64,000 nucleotides of DNA from Azolla caroliniana (taxonomy: Eukaryota > Plantae > Polypodiophyta), in assembly GCA_043228905.1 (NCBI GenBank), contig JBHGNT010000015.1:5828001-5892000 (forward strand). The letters run 5' to 3'. This document shows, piece after piece, positions 11,244 to 23,758 of this stretch. The first letter of the stretch is position 1. Each line of letters opens with the position of its first letter. A model generated the notes under the pieces. The model ran no database searches and had not been told where the DNA came from. It worked only from the letters and a program-made list of their open reading frames with translations. Made by a program: the position numbers and the translations under genes.

Positions 11244-13895
11244 CTTAAGGGCTCTTGAAGGATCTGCACGTTGTCGTGAAGATTTCCGACGATAGTGTGT
11301 AAGTTGTGAGGAACATACAAAATCGAGTGTGGTTCTTCTCACAAGATATGAAACAATAATAGTGAAGATACTATTCTAAATAAGTTTAATATCTTGATAC
11401 GAAAATATGGAGGTCTTCAAGAGCTTTCGAATGCACTTTACTACATAAGAAACAGACAACTAAGTGTCAAGTTATGTGGGTATGAAGATTGCGAAGAAGA
11501 AGAGAAAAACAAAACTATGAGATATCCCACATAGACAGGAGAAATAAGGATCCCAGATTATATAAGGAGACTAATATCTCTTCATAATATATCTATATGT
11601 TTGGAGCATGGAAAGGTTGAGTTGTATGACTTGACGAATGGATGCAACCAAGTTCATTGGTTTTGGACGGAACCAGACCGGTGGACGGAAGGCGACAAAA
11701 CCAGAACCAGAACTAGAACCAGATGACGACCGGACAGCTATGGAACCGGACTGGGATGCGAACCGGATGGCCTGCGGATGGGACTGGATCGAACGGATGG
11801 GACTGGATCGGACGAATGCGGATTGGACGGGTTGATTTATCACGGCGCACGATGTCTTGCAGTTTTCCGGTGTGAAACGAACAAAATCGTCTTGTTCTTT
11901 GGAGGTCAAGTGAAGGTGTAATATGCACTTAAACATTTGTAAAAGAAAAGACTAAAAATCCTAGTAAAAAGAAAATTTGTATACAAAGGGGTGCAAGTAA
12001 GAATTTGAACCTTGCACCTCCAAGTTGAGGTCAATAAGCTTACCACCAAGCCAAGTCATATCTTCAAAAGTTTTATTTTGATCATTTTACATGTAAATTC
12101 TCATACATGAGAGCTTAGATGATGACATGGCAAACATGCATTACGTGCATGTCTTGCACCCTCACATGCACCATATGCATGGGGGCATCTATAAAAGAGT
12201 GGAGGAATCAAGCAAGAGGAAACTAATGAAAAATTTGGGAAAAATAAGAAACTTGTTATCCTATTGTTGATGTATCTTGTCTCTCAAATCTAAAGTTAAG
12301 GGTTTAATCTTTATCTCAATCTCTCTCTTTCTCCATAGCAATCTCTCTCAATTTATCTTAAATACTTTCTCGCTAAAGCTAGTACAAACTTCAAATCCTT
12401 CCGGTCCAGAACCTCGGCAGTTCCGCCTCGCGATCCACACATAGTCACGGATTTTCACGACAACGTGGAGGTGTGTGAACCAACACTAATATACTGCGAC
12501 AACCTCAATAACATCCAACTTGCTAGGAACCCCGTCTTCCACACTCGAACAAAGCATATCAAGGTGCACTATCATTTTTTCCGTGAGTGAGTCCTCTCTG
12601 GTGAAGTGGAACTTATGTATGTTCTGACTAATCAACAAGTGGCCGATATTTTCACCAAACCTCTTGGCCTGGACAAGTTGCGGCATTTTTGAAGCATGCT
12701 TTGGATACAACACCTCGACATGTCGAACTTGAGGGGAGGAGCGAGAACGAGAATGAGATGGAGGAGAGATATGAAATTGGACCAACCGAATCAGGTGAAG
12801 AATTCGATTTCAAAACAATTAAAGAAGTAGAAACGTATGGATCGGCTGGAGAAGTCGAGGATGTGTGGACAGATGGAAGAAGATCGACTAAGCAGAAACT
12901 ACTAGTCAGATGTAGGGGGAGTGACCGAAAGAACGAGCCAAAGCCAAGGCCAACAGAACAAGGGGGAGACAGAGCTGAGAAAGGCAAGGTAGGTGGCAGA
13001 GCCAAGAAGGGCAAAGCCGACCTGAGGAAAAAGATCGGGACTAGGACATGGTCAGATGTGGTCAAGGGCCTAAAGGAGGATGAATTGGAGACAACCTATT
13101 TCGACAAGAGTGGGAACAAATCAGACACAGGTGATTCGGTCAAGAAGAGTGATTCGAAAGAGCCGAATTGCATAAAGGCAAGGAGGCACTCGAAACGAAT
13201 GCCGATACGGAGGAGCCAATGTTGTGACACCGAAGGTGCTGAGAAGGGCCTGAATGTACCGACAACAAGGGTCAAGATGCGTGGAAACAGATTAGTCCAA
13301 GAGCGCCAAACCGGAGGGGTCGTAGGACGCTAGACCAAACTAGACGAGGAGCGCGAGCGAGGTGTCGGGATGCTAGGACAAACTGTAATGATGAACCAGC
13401 TCAAGATGACACGACGGGACCTCAAGTTGAGATTGAGGGGGAGGGGGAGTGTTGAGAGACAAGCTCAACATGGGCCGAATCAGCTGAAGAAACCGAGAGC
13501 CGGATCAGATGGACACCAATCGGCTAGGCCGGAATCAGTTGAATAAGTTGAAAGAAGAATCGGTTGATAAACCGAATCGGTTGGTCGTTTGGGGCCTATA
13601 TTTCTATTTTAGTAAATAGGAATATTATAGGCAAAGTTAGTGTTAGGCTCAGTTAATGAGCATTCAAGTAATTGTTAGTACTTGTGTCAGCCCACTCATC
13701 AAGGCTTGTACATAAAGTGCGTTTTTAGCACATTCTTTTGAGAACATTTTGTAATACAAAGTTGTTGTCATCTGCTCCCTCTGTCTCTCTCAATGTGTAT
13801 CCATTCTCTATGTTTACCTAACTATCAAGTTTCCAAATAACCAACCGTGTACTATGTGTCTTCCGCTTACGCTTCCGCACACGTATTCTTTTACA
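11244..13895 (+). mobile_element. Copia (A-family) 3' fragment: RNase H, 3' extension, 3' LTR 13450-13895
   Basis: LLKDLHVEVCEPTLIYCDNL reconstituted across the 11272-12462 insert; LTR TGTTGAGAGACAAGCTCAACAT..TTTACA homologous to 5875-6275. Confidence 0.88.
11272..12462 (+). mobile_element. Solo-LTR-like insertion (1191 bp) with 4-bp TSD ACGT
   Basis: TGTCGTGAA..TTCACGACA termini; ACGT at 11268-11271 and 12463-12466; removal restores the RNase H frame. Confidence 0.88.
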
Positions 13896-14900
13896 ATGCA
13901 AAAACTGGAAGAAGGGTACCAACGAGCGCTCTGTATTAAGAATGAAGAACTATTGAATCTTCAGAGTGAGCACATGGAAATGCAACGCAACTTCGGTCTA
14001 CGACATCAGTTGCTATGCGAGATAGAGAGCGAAAGGAATGCATTGGAAGACTCCGTCCAGGAGCTTCAGAATAAATCCAAACAAGACCTGGAGAATGCAA
14101 CTAGGAGGTGGAAGAGGAGAAGGCTCGACTCATCCGCAAATATGAGTTGGACACGAACTTCTTTCAAAAGAAAGTTGATAGAATAAGCACCTCGGTAAAG
14201 CAAAACTCGAACTCGACACCACGACAACCACAAACAAGTTACAAACACTTCGTGTGAAATACAAGATGGGTGACGAATGAGTCAAGGCTTTAGTGGTGAA
14301 ACATTGTGAGAAGCTGAACCAGATGGTCAAAGAGGCAGTGACTCAGGGATGAAATGAGTGGTCAGCACAAGCGACCAAATTACAAATCCTCGAAGTTGAT
14401 GCCGAAAATCGCAAAAGGAGGGCCATGAGTTTTTAAAAATGGATGAGAACAACATTCAGCTGCTCCAAGAGGACCTGACCACAAAGTTCCACGTCCTAAC
14501 ACGAACACATACCATGGTAATTAGGACCCTCCTTGAGGAATTCACCGATGATAAACTCTTACTCGTCATTGAAATGGATACATATGAATGCAAGCAACTC
14601 CAGGCCGAGACGAACATGGTGGCCCCAACATAGGGAATAGATGAAGCCTCCCATGGAAGCATGCTAGAACTAGGGGCAACATGAGGACTTGCGGAGCTGA
14701 TAAATGAGGACCTGATATGTCACTCGTAGGAACAAGGACAGGAGCACAATGATTCGGTTAACCGATAGGCCGGCCAAGAAGACACACCTCCCGAGACCAC
14801 TACGGAGGAGGTAATAGGAGAAGAGCAAGCCATGCTTGTGGAGTCAGATAACCAAGCTGAAGTCATTGACAAACCCAAGGATTGATAGCAGTCGCCAAGC
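13896..14900 (+). pseudogene. Degenerate coiled-coil ORF remnants, probably a TE accessory gene
   Basis: Broken E/Q/L-rich heptad-like ORFs; no diagnostic motif. Confidence 0.3.
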
Positions 14901-15549
14901 ATTTTGCCAATTTTGGAGGAGGAATGATGTATATGAGATTTTCTTCATTTTTTTTAATTTTTGTCAATTTTTCATACCTTCGAGTTTTAGCATTTTTTCG
15001 TGGGTTAAACGTGCAAGGTATTGTCCCACGGGCGTGCCCGGTGTTACCCGGTGGGACAAGTATGACAAGTGTGAAATGAACAAAATGGAGCTGAGTGTCA
15101 TGGATACATAAACATCATGGCTTCACCTTGGCTTGAACCCAAGATTTTGTAATACATAATTAAGAACCTAACCATTAAGATAGCCTATGATCATATGAGA
15201 TGATAAAAGCTACTTCTCGTCATACACTGATTATTGTAAATACTCTAGAACATTCTAGAACATTCTAGAATATCCTAGAACATCTTAGAATATTCAAGGT
15301 CTAGAACATTCTAGAACATTATAGAAATGTCTAGGCTATTCTATAGGAACCTATAAATATGGACATACAATTCTTCTCAAACCAATTCGAATCAACACCA
15401 ATCTTAAGCTCCCATAGCCTGTCTTGTATCCATTCTCATTCTATCTAAGTTAATACATTCATTCTTCTCTTATCACTTCATTCCTCTCTTCTTGTGATCT
15501 CTTTACATCTTTCTTCCGCCACTCTATCTTTTCTCTTGATTCTGACATT

Positions 15550-15561
15550 TTGATTCGAATT
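15550..15561 (+). promoter_or_regulatory. Self-priming PBS complementary to the predicted transcript 5' end (15384-15395)
   Basis: TTGATTCGAATT is the exact reverse complement of AATTCGAATCAA, 32 nt after the start of TATAAA (15352); no tRNA-type TGG PBS. Confidence 0.75.
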
Positions 15562-16703
15562 CTCTCTCTCTCTCTCTCTCTTTTATCCTCGTCTATAAAC
15601 ATCATGAAACCATGGCTGCCATCAACTTAGAAGAATATGTCACCCTTGTTGCAGAAATGGAGAATCTTAAATCCAAGTTTGCATCTCTCAAATTAGAGAA
15701 TCAACGTCTTCTTGGAGATATATACAAAAGGTTACTATGGAGAAGCAACAACAAGAGGACTTTACGCAAGAAGTGCAACAATTAGCATTGACAATTGTAG
15801 TTTTACAACAATAAAGGGTCAAAGGTCAAGGAATTATCAAGAAGCCCAAAATCAGCCTCCCAAAGTTCAATTTGATGGTTCGAGGGCACATTTCCGAGGT
15901 TTCTTGAATCAAGTGCGGTTGGTAATTCAAATGCATCCAACATGTTATCCGACAAATGTATCATGAGTCGGGTTAGTGGGCACCTTATTGATTGGCATAA
16001 CGTTGTCATGGTTTGCTCCATTACTAGAGACAAATTCTCCTCTACCGCCTAATTTCAAGGATTTTATCAAAGAATTTTAAGGCTTCCTTCGGAGATAAAG
16101 ATGGAGCATGAACAACAATCAACAAGATTCGTACACTACATCAAGGTGATCAGCCAACATTGACATTTGCAGCCAATTTCCGTCTCATCGCAAGCAATAT
16201 TCCTTGGGATGAACAAGCCCTAATGGAGCAATTTCGTTCTGGTCTTTGTAGTGATGTGAAGGACTTACTTCTTACCTTCCCTGGGGGATCCAAAATCACT
16301 TGCAAAAGCTATTAGTCGAGCAATACAATGTGATAATTGTTTTTTTGAGCATCGATGTGAGAGACAACAACAAATAACAAGATCAAGATTCACACCAACT
16401 TATGCATCAGTAACGACACAATCATCTCCAAGGGAAACATATAGCCCTAATCCAACTCCAAGGCAAACACGTAGTCTAGCCATAATGGATAAACCTACAC
16501 CCATGGAGATCGATATGACCCAACGACGAGGACCATTTGTCGAATACAAGTGTATAATGGACGTATTCACACTATCCCTTTGGGCCATTTGTGTAATTAG
16601 CATAAATGGTAGTTGCCCTAAGTCGGTCACTATATATATTGACCTTGTAACCTTTTTGTAAGGTTGGGTGTTGTATTATTGCTTTGTGGAATAAGAAGTC
16701 TTT

Positions 16704-16750
<47 letters not shown>

Positions 16751-16972
16751 AACGACTAGAAACTGTCATACGCAGGTATTCAGCACTAATCGAATGCTTC
16801 TTGATCTTCCGCATAGACGACCTCGTCTACAACATCTGGTATCAGAGCCTGCACAGTAGTCGGTCCTTCAATCTGCTGTCGGCCGTCGTCTCAGCCTGCA
16901 CAGTATTCGGTTTCCTGCGTCATTCGAAGAAGAGAGAAGAAGAAGAAAAACGAGGCTTGCATCTCATCGCGT

Positions 16973-17698
16973 TGTCGTAGTGTATTTTGTACACTACGTG
17001 AAAAATGTATATAGTATTAGATTCAATAAAAAATGAAGAAATAGAAGAAAATAGCAAAATAAATGGAACATGCATAGGGCAAGATTTGAACCTTGCACCT
17101 CCATGTTAATAATGTAATGTCTTACCATTACACTAGCATTTCATTAGTGTTAAAGCATAGATGTCCCACATAGAAAGGTAAATTCACGCTAGGATAAACA
17201 TTAGAAAAACGCATAACAAAAGAAAAAGCTACACATACACATCTAGCGTGCATGATAAAAAACACACAAGTTAGAAAAAAGCATGATCACTTTAGATAAA
17301 GCATATAGTCTATCTATAGGAAAAGCATGGGGTCTATAGTTAGAGAAAAAGCATGGATTACTAAGACTTCCTCATCACTACATAAGGATGGGAAGCACAA
17401 TGTAATTGTGTGTGAAATACTTGGAAACTGGATATGTTTCTAAAAAACACCAATTAATAAACTATACTCGTGGGATTCACGAGGATTCTATATCATTCTC
17501 TTTCAACCGAAGTTTATATTCTTATATTCATATTGATTAATCTAATACAATACACTCGTGGGATTCACGAGTTTGCTATAACTCTTTCTTACAACATATT
17601 TATATTCTTATTAGCCTTAAAACTCTCCTCTTCCTAGTCCAAAACCCCAGTGGTTCCCACCCGACTCACGCAACGATCCGGAGCCGAAAGGCACGACA
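16973..17698. mobile_element. 726-bp solo-LTR-like insertion with 4-bp TSD GCGT
   Basis: TGTCGT..ACGACA ends; GCGT on both sides; empty site present in paralog G near 63915-63940. Confidence 0.92.
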
Positions 17699-18238
17699 GC
17701 GTTAGATCATCTTCGCTTGGAGTAAGCCAGCAGGTTGTACTCTGTCCCTTGTGATCGTAACCGCTCGAGGTGAAATCCCCTTGTGCAACATTGACACGAT
17801 CGTGCTCCACCCGGTTAAACGGCATCCGAAGAGGTAATCAAACGCCGCTCATTGTAACCACTCGGTGCAGATCGGTCTCAAGACAACAACCCAAATTCGT
17901 GCTTCATCTGGCTGATCGACATTCGGGAGGATCAGTTGGATCCGTCTCTCTCGTTGCTGCAGTCAACCGAAGCAGAATCGGTCCAGATAATCGGTTTTAA
18001 TAATCGGTATTCGGCATATATATCTGAAGCGAACCGGGCTCACTCCGACTCGGCAACATTCGGGAAGACCAGTCGGTTCTGTCCCTCAAGCTACCGGAGT
18101 CAATTCGAGCAAGTTCCGAAGCCGAACCGACTCGGGTTCAAATCCGACTAGAACGATATCGGGTGAGCCAACCGGCTGCACTCCAACAAGGTTCGTAGTC
18201 AACTTCGAACCGAGCTTCGTCAACCAAAACCGAATTTG

Positions 18239-19436
18239 ATGGCATCAACATCCGGCTCGTCAGAAATGAGTCTACGAAAGTTCGATGGATCGAACTTCAA
18301 CTTCTGGAAGGGACAAATGCAGGACTATCTCATAGTCAAGGGGCAAATCGATCCCATCGAAAATGAAGAACCTCCAGAAGGATACAAACCAATTGAGTGG
18401 CAGAAGCTGGACAGAATCGTCCGCGCCACGATTCGGATGCACCTATCGGAATCGGTATACTTTACGGTGCAATCGTGTACGACAGCATTCGAACTGTGGA
18501 AAACACTGTCGGACACCTACGAAAAGAAGGTCGCTGCAACGAAGATGTTTCTGATCCGGCGCCTCTACAACTTGCGGATGAAAGAATCCGATTCGGTTCA
18601 AGCACATCTCAACGAGTACGAAAGCATAAGCTCCCAAATCTCATCACAGGGGACGGCAATCGAGGATGAACTCAGAGCAATGATACTCATGAGCAGCCTT
18701 CCCTCATCATGGGAAACTTTCGTCACAACCGTGTGCAACGCGTCAACCACGGCTGTTAAATACTCCGAAGTCACGAGCGCAATTCTGACCGAAGCAGCTC
18801 GGAGAAAGTCTTTCGCCAAAGACTCAACAGACGACGCTTATGTAGTACAAGGTTCGACAGACCGATCGAACATACGAGGAAGAGATTCCTCACGACCGCC
18901 GAACAATCAGCGAAGACGGAGCCAGTCACGAGATAACCGAATCTGCAATTACTGCAAGAAACCCGGACACATCAAAGCCGACTGCCGCGCACTCAAGAAC
19001 AAGAACGACAAGTCTCAGAGATCAGACAAGAAGAGTGGCCGGCATGAGGAGATCAATTACGTCAGCTTCTCAGCTGATGTGCTACCAGACAACCCGAATA
19101 TACTATCAATCGAAAATCCAGTCGGATCAGAAGTTCTACTCACGACTGAAGAATCGAGCACATGGCTCTTAGATTCGGGCGCGTCATTTCACGTGACTCC
19201 TCATCGATCCCAATTTCGGCAATATACGATCCGTCACTCCGACTCAGTTCGAGTCGGCAACTCACAACACTGTGACATCATCGGAATCGGCACAGTAGAG
19301 CTCAACCTTGCAGGCGGCTCTACACTTGTACTCCACAATGTCCGACATGTACCCGAGCTCTCAAGGCCATTGATCTCAGTCGGACAACTAGATGAAGACG
19401 GCATTCGTGCCGGTTTTTCTTCGGGAGGGTGGACAC
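18239..19436 (+). CDS. Copia C gag-protease (interrupted at 19437)
   Basis: KFDGSNFNFWK, CNYCKKPGHIKADC, WLLDSGASFH. Confidence 0.88.
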
Positions 19437-19520
19437 TGTTGCAGACGAGGTCGTCTATGCGGAAGATCAAGAAGCATTTGATTAGTGCTGAATACCTGCG
19501 TATGACAGTTTCTAGTCGTT

Positions 19521-19564
<44 letters not shown>

Positions 19565-20977
19565 AAAAGACTTCTTATTCCACAAAGCAATAATACAACA
19601 CCCAACCTTACAAAAAGGTTACAAGGTCAATATATATAGTGACCGACTTAGGGCAACTACCATTTATGCTAATTACACAAATGGCCCAAAGGGATAGTGT
19701 GAATACGTCCATTATACACTTGTATTCGACACTCCCCCGTAATGGGCGTATACATGGGTTATCTAAGATTACAGGTATAGACTTAGGTTCTCGGACATAT
19801 CAGCTTTGTTCGAGTCGGCAGGGTCCGAAGGCAGAAGACCGAACTGGTCGGGTCGGAACAGTTGAAGCCGATCATTAAGGAAATGATGTCGGTTGTCGGG
19901 AACCATCCTGCTCTGTGTCCGGCTCTAACCGGACTGGTTTGTCGTTACGCCCATCTGATGCCGAAGAAACCGAAAGCGGTCTGCCGAAAGACACTTGGTC
20001 ATTCCATCTGCGACATTGTCGGTTGTGGATATTTTCTCTAGACCGATTTTCCCTGAAATGACGCAGTCCCGAACGAAGTGATATCGAACGTCGATATGTT
20101 TGGAGGCGTTGTGGTGAACCGGATTTTTCGACAAGGCAACAACACCTTGACTGTCGCTGTAGACAACTGGAGCCGAGTCATGGTCGACTTGTCGAAACGT
20201 GTGCGCCAGCCGACCGAGCCACAAAGCTTCTTTTGCTGCGTCGGACGCAGCTACATATTCTGCTTCAGTCGTTGAGGTCGCTGTGCACTCCTGAAGTTTC
20301 GACTTCCACGAGATTGCTCCATTGCCGAATTTGAAGCAGTATCCGGTTGTTGATTTCCGACTGTCTATACAGCCGGCGAAATCCGAGTCGGTGTAACCGA
20401 CTACGCCTGAGGTTCGGTTCGGACCGAAAAGAATGCTGTGGTCTTTTGTGCCAGCCAGATATCTGAACACATGCTTGACTGCGTTCCAATGCGATCGGCC
20501 AGGATTGTGCATAAATCTGCTAACGACTCCTACGGCATGAGAGATATCAGGCCGTGTCGCGACCATCAGGTACATAAGGGAGCCGACTGCCGGTGCATAC
20601 GGTACCGACTTCATATCTTCCCCCTCCGGACCGGATGTCGGGCAGTCTCGCTGAGAGAGCCGAAGATTCATGGGGAGCGGGGTTGAAGCAGATTTGGCTG
20701 ATTGCATGTTGAAGCGTTCCAAGACACGTCCGATATAGTCGGTCTGAGACAAAAAAAGATGTCGTTTATCGCGATGCCGACTAATCTTCATGCCAAGGAT
20801 GTGTCGTGCCGGACCGAGGTCCTTCATGGCAAACTTCAACCGCAGTTGCCGAATGAGATCGGCAAGTTCGCCCGCGTGGCGTCCAGAAATTAGCATGTCG
20901 TCCACGTAGATGATGAGGAAGATGGGTGATCCATCTTGAGCTGTGTTGGTAAAAAGACAATGGTCCTCATCGCTTTT
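19437..20977 (-). repeat. Inverted copy of the element's own RT-RNase H-3' LTR end (partner arm 22706-24250)
   Basis: ORF 19925-20905(-) near-identical to the C-terminal 326 aa of the + pol; complete inverted LTR 19437-19731. Confidence 0.95.
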
Positions 20978-23758
20978 CCGTTACATGTTACGCTCAGAGA
21001 GGGTAACCTGTTTTTGGTGGATATTCCTGTGTCATCACTATGGCACAGAAGATTAGGACACCTCAGCAAGGCCGGCATCACGCACCTATCTAGAGCCGGA
21101 TACATCCCCAAACTCTCCTTCTCCGACCATCAATTCTGCGAGCATTGCCAGTATGGCAAACAAGTAGCCGCATCACACCCGACATCAGCACCAAGAGAAA
21201 CGAGACCTCTCGATTTAGTCCACTCGGACGTCTGTGGCCCAATGCCGCATCAGTCTCTTGGCGGTGCCTCTTACTTCGTCACTTTTATTGACGATTCGAC
21301 TCGAAAGGTGTGGGCTTATCCAATTCGCACCAAAGATCGGGTCTTCTCGATCTTCTCAGATTGGCTCGCTATGGTAGAAAATCAAACCGACCGAAAGCTG
21401 AAATGCTTTCGGACAGACAATGGGGGAGAGTTCAAATCCGAAGAATTCGTCAAATTCTGCCGACAACGCGGCATCCGACGTGAATTTACGGCACCACACA
21501 GTCCGGAGCAAAACGGGATTGCCGAACGCATGAATCGGACAATCCAAGAACGGATAGTTTCCATGCTCCAACACTCCGGACTGTCGGATGGCTTCTGGGC
21601 AGAGGCTCTACTCACGGCAGTACACATAATCAATATGTCACCCAGTAGACCTCTAGGACTTCAAATTCCTCAGGAACTATGGATCGGCAGTAAGCCGAAT
21701 TACGACAAGCTGAGGATCTTCGGATGCGAGGCGTACGCCCTTATTCCGAAAGATGATCGCCGAAAACTTGCACCTCGGTCCAGGAAATGCATTTTCTTTG
21801 GATATGGATCCGACGGCGAAATGGGATACCGACTCTGGGATCCCGAACGCAGACAAATCGTCCGAAGTTCGGACGTTGTGTTCAACGAGTCGGCTATGAA
21901 TCCATCAGTCAAAACACCGATCGAAGTCCGAAGGGTCACATTTTCAGATGTACCGACCCTTCAAGAAGGCCCCGCTCTTAACACACGGTCAGCTTCACGG
22001 GTAGCTGAACCTTACACTACCGACTCGGACAACTCTGACTCGGCACAGCCAAATGATTCGGTTTCGGACCATCCGACCTCGATACCCGATGCGACCAGTC
22101 CAATCATACCTCGACGATCCGAGAGACTGTCGCAACCTCCGGAGAGGTATTCTCCTGGAATTTTCTTCACCGACGCCGGCGAACCGACGTCTTACGAAGA
22201 AGCATCGACATCTGTCGATTCCGCCACCTGGCATCTGGCGATGGAGTCGGAAATGCGGTCCATTCGGGCAAACAAGACTTGGGATCTGGTCGAATTACCT
22301 AGGAACCGACGTGCTCTTCCTTGCAAGTGGGTTTATCGACTAAAAGAGACGTCTGATTCGACCACCCCAAAGTACAAGGCCAGATTAGTTGCGAAGGGCT
22401 TCCGACAAGAATATGGCGTCGACTTCGACGAGATTTTTTCACCAGTGGTGAAAATGACAACCCTTCGTTTTCTGCTCGGCGTAGTGGCAGCCGACAACTT
22501 GGAGCTGATTCAGCTAGATGTCAAAACAGCCTTCCTCCATGGTGATCTTGACGAGGAAATTTATATGGAGCAGCCAAAAGGCTTCGTGGCAACTGGCCAA
22601 GAACATCTAGTCTGCCGACTCAGGAAGAGTCTATACGGCCTCAAACAGGCACCGCGACAATGGTACAAGAAGTTCGACGACTTCATCCAATCGATCGGCT
22701 TCTCAAAAAGCGATGAGGACCATTGTCTTTTTACCAACACATCTCAAGATGGATCACCCATCTTCCTCATCATCTACGTGGACGACATGCTAATTTCTGG
22801 ACGCCACGCGGGCGAACTTGCCGATCTCATTCGGCAACTGCGGTTGAAGTTTGCCATGAAGGACCTCGGTCCGGCACGACACATCCTTGGCATGAAGATT
22901 AGTCGGCATCGCGATAAACGACATCTTTTTTTGTCTCAGACCGACTATATCGGACGTGTCTTGGAACGCTTCAACATGCAATCAGCCAAATCTGCTTCAA
23001 CCCCGCTCCCCATGAATCTTCGGCTCTCTCAGCGAGACTGCCCGACATCCGGTCCGGAGGGGGAAGATATGAAGTCGGTACCGTATGCACCGGCAGTCGG
23101 CTCCCTTATGTACCTGATGGTCGCGACACGGCCTGATATCTCTCATGCCGTAGGAGTCGTTAGCAGATTTATGCACAATCCTGGCCGATCGCATTGGAAC
23201 GCAGTCAAGCATGTGTTCAGATATCTGGCTGGCACAAAAGACCACGGCATTCTTTTCGGTCCGAACCGAACCTCAGGCGTAGTCGGTTACACCGACTCGG
23301 ATTTCGCCGGCTGTATAGACAGTCGGAAATCAACAATCGGATACTGCTTCAAATTCGGCAATGGAGCAATCTCGTGGAAGTCGAAACTTCAGGAGTGCAC
23401 AGCGACCTCAACGACCGAAGCAGAATATGTAGCTGCGTCCGACGCAGCAAAAGAAGCTTTGTGGCTCGGTCGGCTGGCGCACACGTTTCGACAAGTCGAC
23501 CATGACTCGGCTCCAGTTGTCTACAGCGACAGTCAAGGTGCTGTTGCCTTGTCGAAAAATCCGGTTCACCACAACGCCTCCAAACATATCGACGTTCGAT
23601 ATCACTTCGTTCGGGACTGCGTCATTTCAGGGAAAATCGGTCTAGAGAAAATATCCACAACCGACAATGTCGCAGATGGAATGACCAAGTGTCTTTCGGC
23701 AGACCGCTTTCGGTTTCTTCGGCATCAGATGGGCGTAACGACAAACCAGTCCGGTTAG
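20978..23758 (+). CDS. Copia C pol (GAG-pre-integrase, integrase, RT, RNase H), open frame
   Basis: LWHRRLGH, HSDVCGP, TDNGGEF, YKARLVAKG, QLDVKTAFLHG, YVDDM, YTDSDFAG, ADGMTK. Confidence 0.93.
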   Translation, partial: PLHVTLREGNLFLVDIPVSSLWHRRLGHLSKAGITHLSRAGYIPKLSFSDHQFCEHCQYGKQVAASHPTSAPRETRPLDLVHSDVCGPMPHQSLGGASYFVTFIDDSTRKVWAYPIRTKDRVFSIFSDWLAMVENQTDRKLKCFRTDNGGEFKSEEFVKFCRQRGIRREFTAPHSPEQNGIAERMNRTIQERIVSMLQHSGLSDGFWAEALLTAVHIINMSPSRPLGLQIPQELWIGSKPNYDKLRIFGCEAYALIPKDDRRKLAPRSRKCIFFGYGSDGEMGYRLWDPERRQIVRSSDVVFNESAMNPSVKTPIEVRRVTFSDVPTLQEGPALNTRSASRVAEPYTTDSDNSDSAQPNDSVSDHPTSIPDATSPIIPRRSERLSQPPERYSPGIFFTDAGEPTSYEEASTSVDSATWHLAMESEMRSIRANKTWDLVELPRNRRALPCKWVYRLKETSDSTTPKYKARLVAKGFRQEYGVDFDEIFSPVVKMTTLRFLLGVVAADNLELIQLDVKTAFLHGDLDEEIYMEQPKGFVATGQEHLVCRLRKSLYGLKQAPRQWYKKFDDFIQSIGFSKSDEDHCLFTNTSQDGSPIFLIIYVDDMLISGRHAGELADLIRQLRLKFAMKDLGPARHILGMKISRHRDKRHLFLSQTDYIGRVLERFNMQSAKSASTPLPMNLRLSQRDCPTSGPEGEDMKSVPYAPAVGSLMYLMVATRPDISHAVGVVSRFMHNPGRSHWNAVKHVFRYLAGTKDHGILFGPNRTSGVVGYTDSDFAGCIDSRKSTIGYCFKFGNGAISWKSKLQECTATSTTEAEYVAASDAAKEALWLGRLAHTFRQVDHDSAPVVYSDSQGAVALSKNPVHHNASKHIDVRYHFVRDCVISGKIGLEKISTTDNVADGMTKCLSADRFRFLRHQMGVTTNQSG

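Noticed and set aside
15118-15186. Functional tRNA gene
   Set aside because: No intact anticodon arm or acceptor stem; reported only as a tRNA-like LTR module
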